Source of the DNA: a virus
Strand: one strand, 5' to 3'
IMG/VR virus record: IMGVR_UViG_3300042544_001941
Length of the DNA stretch: 64,000 bases
Positions 57,926-64,000 of the stretch are shown here, one piece after another. Position 1 is the stretch's first letter, and each line of letters opens with the position of its first letter. Position numbers and translations under genes: made by a program. The notes under the pieces are model-generated. The model did not search any database. It was not told the DNA's origin and saw nothing but the letters and a program-made list of their open reading frames with translations.

Positions 57926-59155
57926 TTATTTTTTAATTATTGATTTGAAAAACTCTGCTCTATTTTTATTAACTGTGTTTAAAGAATATTTGTCCTTAAC
58001 AGTTTCATAAAGTTTATTTCCTAAGTCCTCAATCATATTAGGATTCTCAACTAATTTTTTCATATGTTGAGCCCATTGTTTATGATTCTTTCTTGGGGAC
58101 ACTAATAACGCATTTCCTTTGGTATTGAATGTTCCTTGGTCAACCGCACTTATCAAGTCAATAGTGTATGGGTCACAATCACTAGCAATGATTGCCTTTT
58201 TGTGAAACCCTGCTTCAATAACTTTTAATTGGGATTTGTTACCATTAAATAAACTTTCAACTACAGGAGCTAAAGATACGTCAAACAAATTATAATTGGT
58301 TGCGTATTTTGAAATTTCTTTTGTCCATCTTCTTCTATATGGTTCGTTTACATCATCGTAATCGTCTTCCTTAAATGATAATAGATAGTTCTTATATTCT
58401 TCAGACAATATCTTATAATCATCTGTGAACATTTTTTCATATTGATACCAAACGGTTTCCATTGGTTTGATAGGTCTTTGTTTCACTTCACCTGTTTGTT
58501 GGTTAACCTCATTTACATTACCTCTTAAATCAAACCCACATAGTACAAACTGAGTCTTATCTTTGTATGAAGATAATGTACTTGAGATTCCACTTTTAAT
58601 TAATTCTAAGTCGTAAAGGTGTGAAGAACCTCCTAACCAACCAAATCTAATTTTATCTGATTTTTCAGGACTAGATTTAAATTGTGATTCGTTTTCATCA
58701 ATTGCGTTTGGAAATACTAACACGTTCTTAACACCCAATCTTTTGATTATTGTATCTCTGAATATTGGTGTGGTGGTAGTTACATAATCCGCCGCTCTTA
58801 GTAATTGAACTTTCTTTTTGTGGGTTTCACTTTTGATAATTTGTCGATGCATCGGGTGTCTATGGTCAGGTTCCCAATAATCATCGATGTCACATACAAC
58901 AATAATTCCTTTCTTTTTTAACCAATCAATTCTTTCGATGTTTTTTTCAAAGGGTACTTTATTGTGGATAAAGCTATGTAAAACAACAACATCGTAATTG
59001 TCAAATTCCGAATCATTGTCTTCAACATTGTATTTTATATCGATGTGAAAATCATCCCCATAGTTTTCTTGTAAGTGGGTATAGGGACCCATAATTCTAA
59101 ATTTACCAACGCCGTATTGGTCTGATGGAACAGCTAAAATTCTAATTTTTGACAT
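57926..59155 (-). CDS. Glycosyltransferase (GT-B)
   Basis: CDIDDYW, FGWLGGSSH, FNGNKSQLKVIEAG. Confidence 0.8.
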   Translation of the reverse strand: MSKIRILAVPSDQYGVGKFRIMGPYTHLQENYGDDFHIDIKYNVEDNDSEFDNYDVVVLHSFIHNKVPFEKNIERIDWLKKKGIIVVCDIDDYWEPDHRHPMHRQIIKSETHKKKVQLLRAADYVTTTTPIFRDTIIKRLGVKNVLVFPNAIDENESQFKSSPEKSDKIRFGWLGGSSHLYDLELIKSGISSTLSSYKDKTQFVLCGFDLRGNVNEVNQQTGEVKQRPIKPMETVWYQYEKMFTDDYKILSEEYKNYLLSFKEDDYDDVNEPYRRRWTKEISKYATNYNLFDVSLAPVVESLFNGNKSQLKVIEAGFHKKAIIASDCDPYTIDLISAVDQGTFNTKGNALLVSPRKNHKQWAQHMKKLVENPNMIEDLGNKLYETVKDKYSLNTVNKNRAEFFKSIIKK

Positions 59156-59187
59156 AATAAGTAATACCACTTAATGTGTGGATATAT

Positions 59188-59220
59188 CAAAAATATAATG
59201 AAAAAAAATGAAAAAACAAA
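59188..59220 (-). promoter_or_regulatory. Bacteroidota sigma70-type promoter
   Basis: TTTG-N21-TATTTTTG. Confidence 0.6.
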
Positions 59221-59221
59221 A

Positions 59222-59818
59222 CTACTTTGCCTTATTTACGCCAGTAATTTTACCTTTGAATATTGAATCCCCGACTTTCAAAACAAGATTCTCATTAATT
59301 GTAGATGTTTGTTGTGCTGTCAAAATTTGACTTAACTTTTCATCCATAACTTTTCTAACCGTATTTTCTATTAATGTTGCTAATGCGTTCATATTCACAC
59401 CACTAGCGTTACCTGTTGGTTGTGGTGATGGTTTCTTTTGTGTTTGTTTCGATTGTACACCTTCTTGTTCCATTAATCGTTTCGCACCTTTAACGAAATC
59501 CATATCTAAACTATCACTTAAAGAAATTTGTGGAATAGGATTTTCAATCATAGCTTTTTTAATTGCATCAGGTAATTTAGATTGTTGAATTCTATCAGCT
59601 GTTGGTGTACCTACAGGTCTAGTGTTTACTTGTGGTTGACTTTGTTCATAAGATTCTGAAAGATATTCAGAATCATTTGACGGTGCTATCAATCTACTTT
59701 CATCTATGTTACCTCTTTCGAAATCACCAGTATCGACTTTATTCATTAATTTTTTCGCTTGTACCAATTTACTCATTAAATCGTTTGACGATATTGGACC
59801 ATTGTTTAATTTTGACAT
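59222..59818 (-). CDS. Hypothetical late protein
   Basis: TATTTATA 2 nt before ATG. Confidence 0.7.
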   Translation of the reverse strand: MSKLNNGPISSNDLMSKLVQAKKLMNKVDTGDFERGNIDESRLIAPSNDSEYLSESYEQSQPQVNTRPVGTPTADRIQQSKLPDAIKKAMIENPIPQISLSDSLDMDFVKGAKRLMEQEGVQSKQTQKKPSPQPTGNASGVNMNALATLIENTVRKVMDEKLSQILTAQQTSTINENLVLKVGDSIFKGKITGVNKAK

Positions 59819-59838
59819 ATTATAAATATATTTTTAAT

Positions 59839-60753
59839 TTATGAATTTATCAAGATTTTAAATCTTCTAATTGTTTCTGATAAATTCTCAGGTGTTGGGT
59901 TTGTTTGATTTTCATCATTTAATTTCACATTATCTTGAGAAATTAATGCATCTAATTCGGCTCTTGATGATTTATCAAACCTTTGTCTAGTCCCCTCACC
60001 AGGTCTTTCGTTACCACTAATTTGTCTTTGGTAATTTTTCCACTCACCTTCCTTTTTGTTATATAAATCTTTAACGGCAGACTCATAGTCTTGACGACTA
60101 AGAACTTTCTCACCATTTACATCTTTTATTTTAGTTTTTAACGTATTATAAACATCCTGTCCATACTTAGGTTCGTTTGGTTCAGGTTTCTCAGTAGGTT
60201 TATCAGGTTGAACCAAAGGTTCTGGTTGTGGTGTTGGGGTAGGTTGTGGTTGCGGTTTCGCCGTAGGAGTTGTTTTTGGAACAATCTTTTTAGGTTGTGG
60301 TGGTGCAGGTTGTGTCGGTTGGTCCTTTTTAAATCTTGGGTCGTCCTCGAACCAATATGGTGAGAATACATCGACCTGACTTAAAGATTTCATTGCATTT
60401 GGTGCTTTACCTTTTTGATAATCGGGTAAGTCAGTTAATTTAAAAGGATTTAAACCTGGTTTTGTTTTTACTTCCTTAACTCGGTCAAGTCTAAACATTT
60501 TCCATCCAGGTAAACCTTTTTTAGAAGTTCCTTTAAAAACGTAAGCCCAAAATACTTTGTTACCTGATTTAGCATTAGTTCCTAAAACAACGGGTTCAAT
60601 ATCATATCGTAAACCGTTTAATACTTCATCATCATCACTTCTATAATCAATAGTGATAGGTTTTCTCTCACTAATAGCATTCCTAATCAAGAGAGTTTTA
60701 GTATCATCCTGTTCGTTTAATAATAATTTAAATATGTTAGATATAATACCCAT
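59839..60753 (-). CDS. WYL-domain protein with Pro-rich linker
   Basis: AISERKPITIDY..RYDIEP..WAY..WKMFRLDRV. Confidence 0.75.
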   Translation of the reverse strand: MGIISNIFKLLLNEQDDTKTLLIRNAISERKPITIDYRSDDDEVLNGLRYDIEPVVLGTNAKSGNKVFWAYVFKGTSKKGLPGWKMFRLDRVKEVKTKPGLNPFKLTDLPDYQKGKAPNAMKSLSQVDVFSPYWFEDDPRFKKDQPTQPAPPQPKKIVPKTTPTAKPQPQPTPTPQPEPLVQPDKPTEKPEPNEPKYGQDVYNTLKTKIKDVNGEKVLSRQDYESAVKDLYNKKEGEWKNYQRQISGNERPGEGTRQRFDKSSRAELDALISQDNVKLNDENQTNPTPENLSETIRRFKILINS

Positions 60754-61412
60754 TAAAAATCAGGATAACCTTTATTTTTGTTAAATTTATTAGTTGCAAC
60801 TACTTGATTTCTTGTATTGATATCTGTTGTTGAACCAACTTGTCCGTTATTATCACCTTTACCTTTTTCATCATTATCTGAAATTGCGTTCGGGTGAGTT
60901 AATCCATATGAATTATTACTTCCGTATAAATTTTTACTTAAGTTTTGTGTTCTTAAATTAATATCAGTAGATGAACCAACTTTACCACTATTCTCACCTT
61001 TTCCTCTTTCATCACCATCAGATATCGCATTTGGATTTGTAACTCCATATCCAAAACCATCGTTGTATAAATTTCTACCTAAAAGTGAAACTCTTGTATT
61101 AATGTCTGTTGTTGAACCTACTTGACCATTACTCTCACCTTTTCCTTTTTCGTCACCATCTGATAACGCATTACGATTAGCGTCAGAATATTCATTAGAA
61201 CTATTATATGTATTTCTCGCTAAACTGTCAATTCTTGAGTTAATATCTACTCTAGAACCAATCTTACCTTCATTATCTCCCTTACCTTTTTCATCTCCTG
61301 TAGATAATGCGTTTTCGTGCATTGAACTATAGATTCCCTTATCAGTGTATGAATTTTTAGTTATATGTTCTTTTCTGAATTTTTCCGCAAGTATCTCAAG
61401 TTGTGTTGCCAT
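60753..61412 (-). CDS. Tandem-repeat protein (4 x 39 aa)
   Basis: NA(L/I)S.(G/N)DE(K/R)GKG....G.(I/V)GS..DIN.R repeated four times. Confidence 0.75.
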   Translation of the reverse strand: MATQLEILAEKFRKEHITKNSYTDKGIYSSMHENALSTGDEKGKGDNEGKIGSRVDINSRIDSLARNTYNSSNEYSDANRNALSDGDEKGKGESNGQVGSTTDINTRVSLLGRNLYNDGFGYGVTNPNAISDGDERGKGENSGKVGSSTDINLRTQNLSKNLYGSNNSYGLTHPNAISDNDEKGKGDNNGQVGSTTDINTRNQVVATNKFNKNKGYPDF

Positions 61413-61413
61413 A

Positions 61414-61893
61414 TTACATTAAATTTTTAATTCTTTCGATTTGTTCAAATAAACCCAATGATGATATTGGTGTTTTAAATGAATTATTTTTAACCATATT
61501 AAGTTGTGGTAAAAAATCAGGTTTTTTGCTGTGTTTCTTTAAAAAACTATTTTTTCTTTCTCCTGTAATTCCACCCATCTCATCAGCTTTCTTTCTACCT
61601 TCTTTTCTATTTGTTATTTGGTCTCTATCTTGACCTAAGACTGACCAACCAAATGATTCCATAGGTTCACCACCATATAAGTTATATGTTTTTGAATCTT
61701 TTACTTTATCAACAGATTTGAGGTCGTGAAGTATTCTTTTTAATTGACCATAATTCACTTTACCTGATTGAATTAGATTTTTCGCTCTATTAACACCTTC
61801 GGTATTATCAGAACTTGCACCTAATTGTACATTCAAGTGTTGTATTAAGTTTAATGGTAAATCGTATTCTCTACCTTGTAATTCACTATTCAT
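61414..61893 (-). CDS. Hypothetical protein
   Basis: C-terminal LFEQIERIKNLM. Confidence 0.7.
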   Translation of the reverse strand: MNSELQGREYDLPLNLIQHLNVQLGASSDNTEGVNRAKNLIQSGKVNYGQLKRILHDLKSVDKVKDSKTYNLYGGEPMESFGWSVLGQDRDQITNRKEGRKKADEMGGITGERKNSFLKKHSKKPDFLPQLNMVKNNSFKTPISSLGLFEQIERIKNLM

Positions 61894-62680
61894 TATCTTC
61901 TGTGTGTTTTAAAATAACACTTGGTGATATTCCATTATCTTTCAAAGTATTAAGTAATACTTTAATTTGTCTTCTGATGATTGGTGACATTTTAGTTTCT
62001 TCATCTTTTTCTAAAACATCATTCACTTTGGTTCTTTTGGACATAATACTTTCCAAATACTCTTCAACGAATTTTTTAGGGTTCTCAACTAATCTAACTT
62101 TATCAGTGTCTTTTAATTTTTCATCGTACCCCATTTTCTCTAATCTTTCATCCGCCTCATCGTCAGGTAATCCTAAATCATCTTTAAAATGTTCTTCAGC
62201 ATCTTCATAATCGGCATCCACACCCATCGTCTCATCATATCCAAGTGATTTGTTCATTGCAATTTCAAGCATATCCTTTTTGGTTAACTCCACACCTTCG
62301 GCCCAATATTTTAATTGTGAAATATTTTTACTTGCAGGTCCAAAAGCACCAAATGTACCTATAGTATTCATATATGATTGAACGTAATCGTCAGTGGTGT
62401 CCTTAACAGTAACTCCTTTTGTTGCCAAATTAGTTGGTTTGTCGCTCGATGCGATGTTACCATCAGCATCCACAATCTCATCCATTTCAGTTTCTTTTTC
62501 TACCTTTTCAGGTAATTTTTTGAAATCTGTTTTATCTGAAAATTCTTTAGCCCACTCACCCCATTTCTTTTTCTCCTTTTTTGACACACCCTTTTCGTTC
62601 GCCTTTGCAAAGAAAAATTTATGTTGTTTTTTCGATACAAACTTCTCTTCGATAACTTGTTTTATAAATTGATTCATCAA
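61886..62680 (-). CDS. Hypothetical probable head protein
   Basis: IEEKFVSKKQHKFFFA..DFKKLPEKV; late motif upstream. Confidence 0.65.
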   Translation of the reverse strand: MMNQFIKQVIEEKFVSKKQHKFFFAKANEKGVSKKEKKKWGEWAKEFSDKTDFKKLPEKVEKETEMDEIVDADGNIASSDKPTNLATKGVTVKDTTDDYVQSYMNTIGTFGAFGPASKNISQLKYWAEGVELTKKDMLEIAMNKSLGYDETMGVDADYEDAEEHFKDDLGLPDDEADERLEKMGYDEKLKDTDKVRLVENPKKFVEEYLESIMSKRTKVNDVLEKDEETKMSPIIRRQIKVLLNTLKDNGISPSVILKHTEDNE

Positions 62681-62729
62681 TATGGTTTTTATATAAATAT
62701 CAAATGTTATGAAAGATATTTATATTAGT

Positions 62730-64000
62730 ATGAATACCCAAAATATTTTAAAGTTTTACGGTTCGAGGTTGGATGCTAAGCTAGATAGTTCAGAATTTTA
62801 CGATTATGAGATATCAAAAGTCCAAGAAGACTACAATGAGGACGTTTTAGATTTAACGGTTCCAATAACATATACGGGGTTAACAATTGACGCGGGGTTA
62901 GCTTACGCAAGTTGTTCAAGAAATACCATAACATTGTCTGAGTACGATAATTCAGTAAATGACTCTGAATATATCTATTCGGGTTTATCATATACAATTG
63001 ATTATGACGACTTTATAAATAATTTTGACGTTCCGTATGAATATACAATACTAAACAATAATATATATACATATACAGGTATTACGGGAGAAACTCATTA
63101 TTTTAGAATTGGTGGATTCAATAATCAAATTAATAACCTCTCGACAGGGTTTACCAAAGGTATTATTGATTGTTCGGCAATTTTGGATGGTGAAAGTTGT
63201 TGTCCCATACCTTTAAAATTATCAAATAAACCTTGGGCTTATGAATTTAATACAGGTTCTGGTGATGATAATTGTGACTCAATAATTAAAAGAAGAACTG
63301 AAAAAGGTTGGACTTTAGATTTTATTTTCAACAGAGAGAATATCAATTGGTATTCAAATAATGTATTTTATTACATTGGTGTTAGAGGGGATAATGATAT
63401 TGAAGATTATGCCGATAATAACTTATCGTTTCAATTTACTGCCGATAGAAGAATAAAATGGGCGGCTTACAGATATTCAGGTGTTTGTGACCCAACCGAT
63501 GGATATTCCGAATCTTATTATTTGGACCAAGATACAACTCCTCAACTTTGTACAACGGGTGCAACAAAAGATTTTAATGTAACAATAGTATTTGATAGAT
63601 ATAAAAGATACACCGATTGTAATTTAGAAAATGATGGTGGTTGGAATGATTTGATACCCGACCCAAATACGTCAACAACTGAAGAATTAAACAGGGAGTG
63701 GGCGTCTGAAAGAGAAAGAAGATTGGGAACACTTAAGATATATCTAAACGGAAGACCAATTTATAAAAAAGAAGATTGGGAGGAGGTGATACCTTCAGAA
63801 AGAGGAGTACAACCATTTGTACAATCTTGGGGTGGAGGAACGGGATATATGAATAATGTCCATAATGGAACTTGTTGTTTTAATATGAAGACAATTAAGT
63901 ATTATGAAGAACCGTTAGACTTCGTTCACGTTAGACATAATTTTTTAACGAGATTAAATCAATATGATTTCTTTATTTGTGGATTAAATTGTGAAGATGA
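62730..64000 (+). CDS. Partial (3'-truncated) large structural protein, possibly LamG-like tail component
   Basis: Frame from MNTQNILKFYGSRLD, apparently open to the window edge; TATTTATA 5 nt upstream; LKIYLNG strand. Confidence 0.65.
   Translation, partial: MNTQNILKFYGSRLDAKLDSSEFYDYEISKVQEDYNEDVLDLTVPITYTGLTIDAGLAYASCSRNTITLSEYDNSVNDSEYIYSGLSYTIDYDDFINNFDVPYEYTILNNNIYTYTGITGETHYFRIGGFNNQINNLSTGFTKGIIDCSAILDGESCCPIPLKLSNKPWAYEFNTGSGDDNCDSIIKRRTEKGWTLDFIFNRENINWYSNNVFYYIGVRGDNDIEDYADNNLSFQFTADRRIKWAAYRYSGVCDPTDGYSESYYLDQDTTPQLCTTGATKDFNVTIVFDRYKRYTDCNLENDGGWNDLIPDPNTSTTEELNREWASERERRLGTLKIYLNGRPIYKKEDWEEVIPSERGVQPFVQSWGGGTGYMNNVHNGTCCFNMKTIKYYEEPLDFVHVRHNFLTRLNQYDFFICGLNCED

Noticed and set aside
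1-64000. Stop-codon reassignment as in some large Bacteroidota phages
   Set aside because: Core genes are full length under code 11, TAG and TGA end genes at sensible positions, and no suppressor tRNA was seen
1-64000. CRISPR array, integrase, transposase, reverse transcriptase/DGR
   Set aside because: No regularly spaced repeat-spacer array or corresponding enzyme motifs were seen; the C-type lectin at 16190 has no visible template repeat in this window

Overview
This window is 64 kb of an AT-rich, standard-code large (jumbo-type) dsDNA phage genome. It has a T4-like head module (terminase, portal, gp21 protease, scaffold, gp23 capsid), a gp55-like late sigma factor, and ribosomal protein bS21 embedded antisense in the head genes. 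A Bacteroidota host is indicated by TTTG-N18-21-TAnnTTTG promoters, Bacteroidota-style lipoproteins and T9SS-CTD-like domains. The RNA content is rich: tmRNA with a long tag, an ~800-nt GOLLD-like RNA, seven tRNAs and two unexplained structured RNAs inside the tRNA array. Several small promoter-terminator RNA units show complementarity to each other, to the 16S anti-SD tail, or to start regions of a 12.6-kb operon. That operon (14003-26659) encodes an apparent cell-envelope assembly system: two CsgG-fold proteins, two cohesin+dockerin proteins (one with a C-type lectin), beta-barrels, T9SS-CTD-like lipoproteins and PspC. The late-promoter motif reads TATTTAT(A) on the sense strand, the reverse complement of the T4 element, and often sits only 2-5 nt before ATG. 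All family calls are by eye from motifs; no database search was run.
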